Assembly: GCA_965248825.1 (NCBI GenBank)
Contig: CBDFKL010000006.1
Span: 705,255 to 769,254 of the forward strand
Length of the DNA stretch: 64,000 bases
Source: Alphaproteobacteria bacterium
Lineage (GTDB): Bacteria; Pseudomonadota; Alphaproteobacteria; UBA828
Reading direction: 5' to 3'
Shown here: positions 9,531 to 18,592 of the stretch, in pieces
Position numbering within the stretch: the stretch's first letter is position 1
Layout of the letters: each line of letters begins with the position of its first letter
Notes under the pieces: generated by a model
Databases searched by the model: none
What the model saw: the letters and a program-made list of their open reading frames with translations, nothing else
Told to the model about the DNA's origin: nothing
Program-made: the position numbers and the translations under genes

Positions 9531-9683
9531 TTATTGTTCGAATGATCCGGCCGGCCGCGCCGGTCTTCGAGGACCATGCCGGTAGCGTTGCAGCGCGTTG
9601 ATCATGCCGGCCGGATAGAACAGCAGCAGCAGGCCAATCAAGGCCGAAATGATAAGAAAACGCCATGGCCCGAAATTGACCAT
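9531..9683 (-). CDS. hypothetical small membrane protein (50 aa, one TM helix)
   Basis: An ATG is preceded by GGAGG. A single hydrophobic helix (WRFLIISALIGLLLLFY) is followed by a basic tail. The ORF lies in otherwise empty space between the SDR gene and purK. Its codon usage is less GC-skewed than its neighbours, so the call is weak. Confidence 0.25.
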   Translation of the reverse strand: MVNFGPWRFLIISALIGLLLLFYPAGMINALQRYRHGPRRPARPAGSFEQ

Positions 9684-9789
9684 CGCCTCCGATAGCGGTG
9701 AGATTGGACATCGCACCTCGGAGTCGGGCGGCAGTGCTTACCAACTGAATAGCGAGGCTCGCAGGTGCTAGACAACCGTATTCAGCCTG

Positions 9790-10902
9790 TCATCTCGGGC
9801 CGGTTTCCGGCATCCAATCCGGCAGCGTGGGCGGTGTGTCCAAGGGCGTGAGCCACGTGACGTGGCCCATCTTACGGCCGTCGCGGGTTTCTGCCTTGCC
9901 GTACAGATGAACGTGAGCGGACGGGTCCGCGACCAGCGTCCGCCAGCGCTCGACGTCCCGGCCGATCAGATTCTTCATCACCGCATTGCCGCGACGGGCG
10001 GTGGAGCCGAGCGGTAGACCACAGATGGCGCGGACGTGCTGCGCGAACTGGCTGGTTTCGCAACCCTCGATCGTCCAGTGACCCGAATTGTGGACCCGCG
10101 GTGCGATCTCGTTGACCAGGAGCCGCCCGTCGCCGGTCACAAACAGTTCGACGCAGAGCACGCCGATATGATCGAGCTTCTCGGCGATGCGCACCGCGCC
10201 CTTCCGCGCCGTCGCCGCGAGCGCGGGCGCGATACCCGCCGGGGCGAGCGTAACATCCAGGATCCCCTGGACATGGCGATTCTCGACCGGATCGAAGCTT
10301 GCCACCGCGCCGTTCACCGAACGGGCCACGATGACCGAGATTTCGCGATCGACCGCGACCTGCGCCTCGAGGATTGCCGGACGACGCCCGAGCCCATCCC
10401 AGGCGCACACCAGATCATCGCCCGGCGCGAGCACGGTCTGGCCTTTGCCGTCATAGCCGAGAGTCTGGGTCTTGAGCACGGCCGGTCGGCCGATCGTCCG
10501 GTCGGCGGCCTCGGCGTCGGCGGCGTCGTCCAGCGGAACGTAGGGCGTCGTCTCGAGGCCAAGGCCGCGGACGAAGTCTTTCTCGGCGATTCGGTTCTGC
10601 GAGACGCGGAGCGAACCGGCGTCGGGCCTGGTCGGCACGCCTGCGGCGAGCTGCGCTAAGGTTTCCGCCGGGACGTTTTCAAACTCGACCGTGGCGACAT
10701 CGATCGCTGCGCCGAACGCGTCGAGCGCTGCGGGGTCGTCGTAGGCTGCCACGGTTTCTGCCGCCGCAACCTGCGCGGCCGGCCCGGCGGGCCCGGGCGA
10801 GAATATGTGGCACCGATAGCCCAGGGCGGCGGCGGCGGTCGCCAGCATGCGACCGAGCTGGCCGCCGCCGAGAATGCCGATCGTCGCGCCGGGTGGGATC
10901 AC
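9790..10902 (-). CDS. purK: N5-carboxyaminoimidazole ribonucleotide synthase
   Basis: ATP-grasp PurK motifs are present: [10 protein letters not shown] and the C-terminal [14 protein letters not shown]. The GTG start at 10902 overlaps the purE TGA stop (GTGA). The 129-aa extension in the ORF track overlaps purE and is rejected. Confidence 0.9.
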   Translation of the reverse strand: MIPPGATIGILGGGQLGRMLATAAAALGYRCHIFSPGPAGPAAQVAAAETVAAYDDPAALDAFGAAIDVATVEFENVPAETLAQLAAGVPTRPDAGSLRVSQNRIAEKDFVRGLGLETTPYVPLDDAADAEAADRTIGRPAVLKTQTLGYDGKGQTVLAPGDDLVCAWDGLGRRPAILEAQVAVDREISVIVARSVNGAVASFDPVENRHVQGILDVTLAPAGIAPALAATARKGAVRIAEKLDHIGVLCVELFVTGDGRLLVNEIAPRVHNSGHWTIEGCETSQFAQHVRAICGLPLGSTARRGNAVMKNLIGRDVERWRTLVADPSAHVHLYGKAETRDGRKMGHVTWLTPLDTPPTLPDWMPETGPR

Positions 10903-11390
10903 GAAGCCGGCGTTTCGGCAACGGCGGCGGTCTGCCGAGCGCGCCAGCCGTCCAGTGCGGCGGCCACCCGGTCGTCGGCGAGCGCGATAATCGCCGCGGC
11001 AAGCAGCGCCGCGTTGACCGCGCCGGCGCGCCCGATGGCAACGGTCCCGACGGGCACGCCGCCGGGCATCTGGACGATCGAGAGCAGGCTGTCCAGACCG
11101 CTCAGGCTTTTGCTCTCGATCGGCACGCCGAGCACGGGAAGCGGCGTCATCGCGGCGGTCATGCCGGGCAGGTGGGCGGCACCCCCGGCGCCGGCGATGA
11201 TCACCTTGAGCCCGCGCTCGCGGGCCGCCTCGGCGTAGGCGTACAGCCGCTTGGGCGTGCGATGAGCCGAGACGACGCGAGTCTCGCAAGCGACACCGAG
11301 CTCTTCGAGGGTCTCAACGGCGTGGCGCATGGTCTCCCAGTCGGACTGGCTTCCCATGATAATCCCGACGGCGGCGCGCGCCTGGGTCAT
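10899..11390 (-). CDS. purE: N5-CAIR mutase
   Basis: The [11 protein letters not shown]…[10 protein letters not shown]…[10 protein letters not shown] signature of PurE class I is present. The gene lies immediately upstream of purK. Confidence 0.95.
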   Translation of the reverse strand: MTQARAAVGIIMGSQSDWETMRHAVETLEELGVACETRVVSAHRTPKRLYAYAEAARERGLKVIIAGAGGAAHLPGMTAAMTPLPVLGVPIESKSLSGLDSLLSIVQMPGGVPVGTVAIGRAGAVNAALLAAAIIALADDRVAAALDGWRARQTAAVAETPAS

Positions 11391-11562
11391 GCTGCTTTCC
11401 TTTCCTGGCCGGCAACAGGAGGGGCCGGATACGGCATGTTACCGTCGCTGCCCGGCCGCGAACTCAACCGGGACGGCGCCTTCACAGCTCCGACGTGGCA
11501 TGCTATAGAGCGCGCCCACCAACCGATACGTCCCGCGAACGGAAGGAGGTAGAAGGAAAAGC

Positions 11563-11766
11563 TTGGTACATGTCGTCGTACGAGAAAACAATGTCGACCA
11601 GGCACTGAAAGCGCTCAAAAAGAAAATGCAACGCGAGGGGATCTTCCGGGAGATGAAGATGCGCCGCCACTACGAGAAACCCTCGGAGCGGCGGGCTCGG
11701 GAGAAAGCGGAAGCGGTTCGGCGAGCCCGGAAACTGGCCCGCAAGCGCGCGCAACGGGAAGAATAG
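11563..11766 (+). CDS. rpsU: 30S ribosomal protein S21
   Basis: The 67-aa basic protein contains [23 protein letters not shown]…YEKPSE…KARK, which is near-identical to alphaproteobacterial S21. It has a TTG start and a GGAAGGAGG ribosome-binding site upstream. Confidence 0.9.
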   Translation: MVHVVVRENNVDQALKALKKKMQREGIFREMKMRRHYEKPSERRAREKAEAVRRARKLARKRAQREE

Positions 11767-11888
11767 CCCTCGGGTCGGGCATCGCGCCCACCCCCGACAT
11801 AGCGATCATCCGCTCCGGCGCCGGCCGGCGCGCGCGATGTGGTGGGTGCATGCCGAGGAACAACGCGTGGCCGGAACCCCGCGCGGCG

Positions 11889-13277
11889 TCAGAGCGCCTT
11901 CACGATCTCCTCGACCATCTTCTTGGCATCGCCGAAGAGCATCATCGTGTTGTCCCGGTAAAACACCGGATTGTCGACACCCGCATAGCCGGGGGCGAGC
12001 GAGCGCTTGACGAAGAGGACGGTATTGCACAGCTCGACGTCAAGGATTGGCATGCCGGCGATCGGGCTCTGAGGATCGGTCTTGGCCACCGGATTGACCA
12101 CGTCGTTGGCGCCGATCACGAAGGCAACATCGGTGTTGGGCATATCGCTGTTGATATCCTCGAGCTCGAAGACCTCGTCATAGGGAACGTTGGCCTCGGC
12201 CAGCAGCACGTTCATGTGGCCGGGCATTCTGCCGGCCACGGGATGGATGGCGTAGCGCACCTGGACTCCTTTATTCTGAAGCAGGTCGGCCATCTCTCGC
12301 ACGACATGTTGGGCTTGGGCGACGGCAAGGCCGTAGCCCGGCACGATCACCACCGAGCCCGCATTGCTCATGATAAAGGCGGCATCATCGGCACTGCCCG
12401 CCTTGTGGGTCTTGTCGCTCGCCGTAACGGGCCGCGAGGAACCAGTGCCGAAGCCGCCGAGGATCACGCTGATGAAGGAGCGGTTCATCGCCCGACACAT
12501 GATGTAGCTCAGGATTGCCCCCGACGAGCCGACCAACGCCCCGACCACGATCAGCACCGTATTTTCGAGCGTGAAGCCGATGCCAGCCGCTGCCCAACCC
12601 GAGTAGGAATTCAGCATGGAAATCACGACGGGCATGTCCGCGCCGCCGATCGGAACGATCAGCAGCACGCCGAAGAGTAAGGCGAGCCCGGTCATGATCC
12701 AGAACACGCTCTCCTGCTGGTCGATGCCGAAGACGACGCCGGTCACGACGATCGCGATCAAGATCGCGAGGTTGATCACATGCTGGCCGCGGAACACCAG
12801 CGGCGCGCTTGTCATCAGCTCCTGCAGCTTGGCAAAGGCGACGATCGATCCGGTAAAGGTGAGGGCGCCGATCACCATGCCGAACACCATCTCGATCCGG
12901 CTGATCAGCCTGATGTCGCCGGGAACGCCGATGTGAAAGGTCTGCGGTGCGTAATATGCAGCCGCCGCGACGAGGACGGCGGCGAGACCGACCAGGCTGT
13001 GAAACCCGGCCACGAGCTGCGGCATCGCGGTCATCCGGATGCGCAGCGCGATCACCGTCCCGATCAATGCGCCAAGTGCAATCCCAACGATGATCCAGAG
13101 ATAGTCTTCGACCCCCGGCTGGCCCAGCGTGGTGCCGACGGCGATCACCATGCCGGCGATGCCGAACAGATTGCCGCCGCGCGCCGTTGCGGGTGTGGAA
13201 AGGCCCCGCAAAGCCATGATGAAACAAACACCGGCGATCAGATAGAGGATCGCCGCTAAATTAGGCGTCATGAGCAA
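11889..13277 (-). CDS. pntB: NAD(P) transhydrogenase subunit beta
   Basis: It has an N-terminal membrane domain and a C-terminal NADP(H)-binding dIII domain (…VIVPGYGLAVAQAQH…GANDVVNP…). Gene order is pntAA, pntA-2, pntB. Confidence 0.95.
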   Translation of the reverse strand: MLMTPNLAAILYLIAGVCFIMALRGLSTPATARGGNLFGIAGMVIAVGTTLGQPGVEDYLWIIVGIALGALIGTVIALRIRMTAMPQLVAGFHSLVGLAAVLVAAAAYYAPQTFHIGVPGDIRLISRIEMVFGMVIGALTFTGSIVAFAKLQELMTSAPLVFRGQHVINLAILIAIVVTGVVFGIDQQESVFWIMTGLALLFGVLLIVPIGGADMPVVISMLNSYSGWAAAGIGFTLENTVLIVVGALVGSSGAILSYIMCRAMNRSFISVILGGFGTGSSRPVTASDKTHKAGSADDAAFIMSNAGSVVIVPGYGLAVAQAQHVVREMADLLQNKGVQVRYAIHPVAGRMPGHMNVLLAEANVPYDEVFELEDINSDMPNTDVAFVIGANDVVNPVAKTDPQSPIAGMPILDVELCNTVLFVKRSLAPGYAGVDNPVFYRDNTMMLFGDAKKMVEEIVKAL

Positions 13278-13282
13278 CGCCC

Positions 13283-13582
13283 CTATTTCCTCTTCTTGAA
13301 CATCACAAGCATACGCTGGGTGACCGTAAACCCTCCGAAGATGTTGACCGCTGCAAGACCGACGGCGATGCCGCCTAATATCTTGGCGAGGTTGCCCTCG
13401 GCGGGCGACGCCGCTAGCAATGCCCCAACGATGATCACGCTGGAGATGGCGTTCGTCACCGACATCAGCGGCGTGTGCAGTGCCGGCGTGACGCTCCAGA
13501 CCACGTAATAGCCGATGAACACCGCGAGGACGAAGATCGTCACCGCGATGACGAGCGGGTGCAGCGCCAGCACATGCTCCAC
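13283..13582 (-). CDS. pntA: NAD(P) transhydrogenase subunit alpha part 2 (membrane segment)
   Basis: The ~99-aa protein has three TM helices. Its GTG start overlaps the pntAA stop. The longer ORF-track N-terminus is rejected. Confidence 0.8.
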   Translation of the reverse strand: MEHVLALHPLVIAVTIFVLAVFIGYYVVWSVTPALHTPLMSVTNAISSVIIVGALLAASPAEGNLAKILGGIAVGLAAVNIFGGFTVTQRMLVMFKKRK

Positions 13583-13584
13583 GG

Positions 13585-14736
13585 CTAGATTTCTTCGCCC
13601 CGGAGGGCCGGATTCACGACCGCGCCGCCCTTGGTCAGCAACGCGCCCTTTATCACCTCGTCCTCCCAATCGATCTCGAGCGCGTGGCTCTCTCGGTTGA
13701 TCATGGGCTCGATGAAGTTGAACAGATTGCGCGCATAGAGCTCGCTGGTATCGACCGGAACCCGCGCCGGGTAGTTGGCATAGCCGATAATCGTGACGCC
13801 GTGGCGTACCACCACTTGGTCGAACTCGCTCAGGGCGCAGTTGCCGCCCGTCTCGATCGCGAGATCGACGATCACGGAACCGAGCTTCATGTCCTTGACC
13901 ATCGCTTCGGTGACCAGCACCGGCGCGGTCTTGCCCGGGATCTGCGCGGTCGTGATGCAGATGTCCTGGTTCCTCAGGGTCTCGTGAATCAATTCCGACT
14001 GGCGCCGCTTGTAGTCCTCACCCATCTCACGCGCATGGCCGCCCGCGGTCTCCGCATCGCCAGATTCGGCGTCGACGGAAATGAACTTGGCGCCGAGGCT
14101 CTCGACCTGCTCCTTGACCGCCGGTCGCACGTCGAAGGCCGACACCAATGCACCCAACCGGCGCGCCGTCGCGATCGCCTGAAGCCCGGCGACGCCTGCG
14201 CCCAGCACGACAACGCGTGCCGGGGTCAGCGTGCCCGCCGCGGTCATCATCATCGGCAGGATGCGGCCGAAATGCTCGGCCGCATCGATCACCGCCTTGT
14301 AGCCGGCGATATTGCTCTGCGATGACAGCGCGTCCATCGATTGCGCGCGGCTAATGCGCGGGATCAGCTCCATCGCGAAGGAGGTCACGCCACGGGCAGC
14401 GTAGCTCGCGACATGATCGCGCTGCTGCAGCGGCGCGAGCAAGCCCACCAGCACCGCGTCGGGTCTGACCAGAGAGAGCTCGTCGGTCCCGTTTTCGCCG
14501 CAGAGTGGCGCTCGGACCTTGGCCACGAGGTCGGCCTCGTCATAGACCGCCTTCGCGTCCGCCACGATCTTGGCACCCGCTTCCGCGAGCATCTCGTCGG
14601 ACATCTGCGCGCCGGTTCCGGCGCCGCTTTCAACCAGCACCTCGACACCGAGGGCGGAGAACTTCTTGATGGAATCGGGAGACGCGGCGATCCGGGTCTC
14701 GCCCGGCACGATTTCCTTCGGAACACCGATCTTCAT
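13585..14736 (-). CDS. pntAA: NAD(P) transhydrogenase subunit alpha part 1 (dI, NAD(H)-binding)
   Basis: The alanine-dehydrogenase/PNT fold is present, with MKIGVPKE…[20 protein letters not shown] (Rossmann GxGxxG). Start taken at MKIG. Confidence 0.9.
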   Translation of the reverse strand: MKIGVPKEIVPGETRIAASPDSIKKFSALGVEVLVESGAGTGAQMSDEMLAEAGAKIVADAKAVYDEADLVAKVRAPLCGENGTDELSLVRPDAVLVGLLAPLQQRDHVASYAARGVTSFAMELIPRISRAQSMDALSSQSNIAGYKAVIDAAEHFGRILPMMMTAAGTLTPARVVVLGAGVAGLQAIATARRLGALVSAFDVRPAVKEQVESLGAKFISVDAESGDAETAGGHAREMGEDYKRRQSELIHETLRNQDICITTAQIPGKTAPVLVTEAMVKDMKLGSVIVDLAIETGGNCALSEFDQVVVRHGVTIIGYANYPARVPVDTSELYARNLFNFIEPMINRESHALEIDWEDEVIKGALLTKGGAVVNPALRGEEI

Positions 14737-14887
14737 GCCTGCATCACCTCCGACCCCCGTGAGCGCCGCCACAATGCCCCGCCGGATGCGGTTTGCCAAG
14801 GCTCGTTCCCCGCTCTGTCACAGCGGCTTGACCTGGGTCGCTCGCGACCGTGGCGATGCCCCGAATCGGCCCTCGACCTGCCCCGAT

Positions 14888-16273
14888 TCAGGCGGCCTCC
14901 GGCACGCCGCAGCGCTCAAGCGCCGCGGCTTGACGATGCGCCAGCGCGGCCGCATCGAAGTCCGCAATCAGCGCCTCGTACAGCCGATGCCAATTGAGCT
15001 CGGCCTTGAGATGGAGGAAGACCGAGCCGAGCCCGATCGCCGAGCGGTTCATCAGGACGAATTCGCGCGGCGGTGTGACGCCGCCGAGGCGTCGGATTTC
15101 CCGGTGCGCCTTGGCGTGCATCGAGCCGCCGAAACGGCCGCTTCCCGATTCGTCGATCAGCCGGGTTCGATCGTCGATCAGCGGGCCGTAGATGTAGTCG
15201 GCCCAGATGCTGAGCGCGTCGATCATCTCGTTCGATAGCTCGCTGAAGCCCCAGGTCTCGAACGCGTGCACCGCGAGGGCGCGGTCCCCGCGCTGGACTG
15301 CATGGTAGAGGTCGATCACGCCGCCCACGAAGCCGGTCCCGAACACACGGATACAGCCATAATCAAGGAGATTGACCGTGCCGTCGGGACGGACGGTGTA
15401 GTTGCCGAGATGCGGATCGCCATGGAGCACGCCGTAGCGATAGAGCGGCACGTACCAGGCGTGGAACATGTGCCGCGCGATATCGTTGCGTCGCTCGGCC
15501 TGCGCCTCTTTGAATTCGAGCAGCGGGGCGCCGTCGAGCCAGCTCATGGTCAGCAAACGCCGGGTCGACAGGCTCGTCTCGACCGCCGGCAGGTGAATGC
15601 CCGGCGTATCCTTCAGGATCTCACCATAGAGATCCATATGGCGGGCCTCGCGCTCATAGTCGAGCTCCTCGCGCAGACGCGCCGCGATCTCGGCATGGAT
15701 TTCGCCGGTGTCGATCGCGCGGTCGTAACGCGCATAGATCGCGAAGATCACCTTGAGCTGCCGAATATCGGCTTCAACCGCCGAGGCCATGTCCGGATAT
15801 TGCAGCTTGCAGGCGAGGCGCGCGCCGTCGTGCCCGGTGGCGCGATGCACTTGGCCGAGGGATGCCGCCCCGGCCGCCTGCGCCTCGAAATCGGCGAAGG
15901 CATCGCGCCAATCGGGGCCCAGCTCGGCGGCCATCCGCCGCTTCACGAACCCCCAGCCCATCGAGGGCGCCAGCGCTTGAAGCGCGCCCAGGGCCTCGAC
16001 ATATTCATCCGGCAGACCGCCCGGAATGGTCGCGAGCAGCTGTGCAACCTTCATCAGCGGCCCCTTGAGACCGCCGAGCGCGCGCCCGAGATCGGCCGCA
16101 TTCCGCGCCCGGTCGGAGGGCAGGCCAAGATAGCGTTGGCCGGCCATGCGTGCGGCAACCCCGCCGACCGACCTGCCGACGCGCGCATACCGGCGAACCC
16201 GCCCGGTCAGTCTGTTGCTCTCCCGCTCCGACACGGATGGATGTCTCGCCGCCGCCTCAAGATGCGTGGCCAA
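14888..16273 (-). CDS. ABC1/UbiB-family atypical protein kinase (AarF domain)
   Basis: The ABC1 pattern is present: …ASLGQVHRA… with lysine and DYGC/HGDPHLGN catalytic motifs. The start codon is uncertain; there are several in-frame candidates. Confidence 0.8.
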   Translation of the reverse strand: MATHLEAAARHPSVSERESNRLTGRVRRYARVGRSVGGVAARMAGQRYLGLPSDRARNAADLGRALGGLKGPLMKVAQLLATIPGGLPDEYVEALGALQALAPSMGWGFVKRRMAAELGPDWRDAFADFEAQAAGAASLGQVHRATGHDGARLACKLQYPDMASAVEADIRQLKVIFAIYARYDRAIDTGEIHAEIAARLREELDYEREARHMDLYGEILKDTPGIHLPAVETSLSTRRLLTMSWLDGAPLLEFKEAQAERRNDIARHMFHAWYVPLYRYGVLHGDPHLGNYTVRPDGTVNLLDYGCIRVFGTGFVGGVIDLYHAVQRGDRALAVHAFETWGFSELSNEMIDALSIWADYIYGPLIDDRTRLIDESGSGRFGGSMHAKAHREIRRLGGVTPPREFVLMNRSAIGLGSVFLHLKAELNWHRLYEALIADFDAAALAHRQAAALERCGVPEAA

Positions 16274-16410
16274 GTCTAACAGCCGCGCGGATTGAAGAGG
16301 TGAGATAGTTGGCCCTTCATTGACAGGGCCGCCGAGCAGATCGCCGAATTGTGACTTGACCAGCCCACGCCGCCATGTGAAGTGCGGCGAGCCTCGGCCG
16401 AGGGAGTTCG

Positions 16411-17400
16411 ATGGCGCTTCCGTCTCACGCGATCCCGACCGGCTCGGCGCGCGCCTCGCCGGGAAAATTCGCCGACCCGCTGATCACGGCGGATGGACGG
16501 CCGCGGGCAGCCGTTCACCTGGCCGGGCTGCGTACGCTCTGGTTCAACACCGGGACGCTTTGCAATTTGGCTTGTGCGAACTGCTACATCGAATCGAGCC
16601 CCCGCAACGATCGGCTGGTCTATCTGACACCGGCCGACATTCGGCCCTATTTCGACGAGATGGCCCGGGACGGCTGGCCGACCGAGGAGATCGGCTTCAC
16701 CGGCGGCGAGCCGTTCATGAACCCGGACATCATCGCCCTGCTCGATGAGGCGCTCGATCGCGGCTTCCGCGCTCTGGTTCTGACCAACGCCATGCACCCG
16801 ATGATGAAGCGCGCCGACGCGCTCCAGCGGCTGCGCGGCCGCCATGGCCGCCGGCTCGCGATCCGCGTCTCGCTCGACCATTATACCGAGGCGCTGCATG
16901 CGCTCGAGCGTGGCGCGCGAAGCTGGGGACCGGCGATCGAAGGCCTCATCTGGCTCGCCCGGCACGGCTTCGAGCCTGCGGTCGCCGGCCGTACCCGCTG
17001 GGGCGAGGACGAGGCCAGCTTGCGCCGCGGCTACGCCGCCTTGTTTGAGCGGCTGGATATCGCCCTCGACGCCGAGGATCGGAAACGGCTGACACTGTTC
17101 CCGGAAATGGATGCAGACGCCGAGGTGCCGGAGATCACCGAGGCCTGCTGGAGCGTTCTCGGGGTGCGGCCGAGCGCGATGATGTGCGCGAGCTCCCGCA
17201 TGGTCGTGAAGCGCAAGGGCGATGACCACCCGGTGGTGCTCTCCTGCACCCTGCTGCCCTATGACGGCGCTTTCGAGATGGGTGCAAGCCTCGCCGACTC
17301 GACCGCCGAGGTGCGGCTCAACCATCCCCACTGTGCGCGCTTCTGCGTGCTCGGCGGCGGCACCTGCAGCGACGCGGAGGGCGCCGCCTCATTGGCGTGA
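16411..17400 (+). CDS. radical SAM enzyme with a C-terminal Cys-rich domain (ArsS-like 'radical SAM/Cys-rich' family)
   Basis: The CxxxCxxC motif CNLACANCY lies near the N-terminus. The GGEPF glycine-rich SAM motif is present. The C-terminal region is rich in Cys/His (CASS…SCTLLPYDG…HPHCARFCVLGGGTC). A GAGGGAG ribosome-binding site sits 4 nt before the ATG. No B12-binding domain is present. Confidence 0.75.
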   Translation: MALPSHAIPTGSARASPGKFADPLITADGRPRAAVHLAGLRTLWFNTGTLCNLACANCYIESSPRNDRLVYLTPADIRPYFDEMARDGWPTEEIGFTGGEPFMNPDIIALLDEALDRGFRALVLTNAMHPMMKRADALQRLRGRHGRRLAIRVSLDHYTEALHALERGARSWGPAIEGLIWLARHGFEPAVAGRTRWGEDEASLRRGYAALFERLDIALDAEDRKRLTLFPEMDADAEVPEITEACWSVLGVRPSAMMCASSRMVVKRKGDDHPVVLSCTLLPYDGAFEMGASLADSTAEVRLNHPHCARFCVLGGGTCSDAEGAASLA

Positions 17401-17423
17401 CGCGCCGGCATGGTGTCGACGGA

Positions 17424-18560
17424 TCAGCCGGCGAGGAACGCCCGGAAGCGCCGTGCGACGTCGCGGGGCGCGATCGTGGGGCGACCCAGCTTGGCGAGGG
17501 AGCCGGGCACGATCAGCGCATGGATCAGCGCCGGCTTGGGGCCGCCAGCGGCGGTTTCGAGAGCGCGGGCGAAGCCTGCCTCGCTGTCGCATCGATAGGC
17601 GCGCGGATAGCCGCAGGCCTGAGCGACCGTAGTGAATTCGACGTTGGGCGAGACGGTGGCTTGCCCGCCAGTCGAATCGTGCACGCCGTTGTCGAGCAGG
17701 ACATGGGTCAGATTGCCGGGCCCGTAGGCGCCAATCGTCGCCATGGCACCGAGCTTCATCAGCGCCGCCCCGTCGCCGTCCAAGACCACGACCGGACGCG
17801 CCGCGCTGAGCGCAATGCCGAGGCCCATGGCGGAAGCGCAACCCATGGAGCCCACCTGGTAGAGCTGTTGAGCGCGATCCTCCAGTGTGAAGAGTTCACG
17901 CCCGGTCTTGCCCGTGGTCGCGACCACGGCGGCGTTCGGTACGACGAGCTCCTGGAGCCGACGCAGGAGGTCGACCCGCGCCGGTCGGCCGCCGCCTTCC
18001 GTGAAATCTTCGATCCTCCCGCGCGGGTGGATCGGAGGGTCCGGCTGGTCGAGGCCGTCTTCGCGGACCGTGCCTTTTTCCATGACGAGAGCGAACGGCA
18101 GTTCCTCGGCTTCCATGACATGAACGGCTCGTTCGAGCGCTGCGGGTACGGCGTCGGCCTCCCTGGGGAAGCCGGCATGAGGGACCGCGATGACCTCGAG
18201 AAGCGATGACGTTACCCGGCCCATCAGCGCGTGCTGCGGCTCGTCCTCGAGCCCGGGCTGGCCCCGCCAGGTGACGATCATCAAGGTCGGAATGCCAAAC
18301 GGGTGGTTGAGCGAGGTCAGAGGGTTGACGGTGTTGCCGAGCCCGGAATTCTGACACATCACAACCGTGCGCCGGCCTGCGAGCCAAGCGCCCGCCGCGA
18401 TCGCGACCGCCTCGCCCTCGCTCGCCGCGCCGACATAGGTGAGCGCGGGATCGGAGATCACCCGATTGATCAGCGAGGTCAGGAAGGAGCAGGGAACGCC
18501 GGTGTAGAAGTCGAAGCCCCGAGCTCGGGCGGGCTCGAGAAAGGCATCGGCCGGGATCAT
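17424..18560 (-). CDS. ppd: phosphonopyruvate decarboxylase (fused alpha/beta TPP enzyme)
   Basis: The 378-aa ThDP enzyme has the GDG(X)…N motif (VLDGDGAALMKLGAMATIG…LDNG). Its N-terminus is sulfopyruvate/phosphonopyruvate-decarboxylase-like (FYTGVPCSFL). It lies directly downstream of a PEP mutase gene. Confidence 0.85.
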   Translation of the reverse strand: MIPADAFLEPARARGFDFYTGVPCSFLTSLINRVISDPALTYVGAASEGEAVAIAAGAWLAGRRTVVMCQNSGLGNTVNPLTSLNHPFGIPTLMIVTWRGQPGLEDEPQHALMGRVTSSLLEVIAVPHAGFPREADAVPAALERAVHVMEAEELPFALVMEKGTVREDGLDQPDPPIHPRGRIEDFTEGGGRPARVDLLRRLQELVVPNAAVVATTGKTGRELFTLEDRAQQLYQVGSMGCASAMGLGIALSAARPVVVLDGDGAALMKLGAMATIGAYGPGNLTHVLLDNGVHDSTGGQATVSPNVEFTTVAQACGYPRAYRCDSEAGFARALETAAGGPKPALIHALIVPGSLAKLGRPTIAPRDVARRFRAFLAG

Positions 18561-18592
18561 GGGCGCTGCCCTCGCCGCCGACGCGCCGGCGA

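Noticed and set aside
10903-11289. 129-codon N-terminal extension of the purK ORF
   Set aside because: It overlaps purE completely in another frame. The PurK ATP-grasp motifs begin right after the GTG at 10902, which overlaps the purE stop.
11818-11831. 14-nt all-GC palindrome GCGCCGGCCGGCGC between convergent rpsU and pntB
   Set aside because: It could form a short hairpin but lacks a flanking U/A tract. Such GC palindromes occur by chance in DNA this GC-rich.
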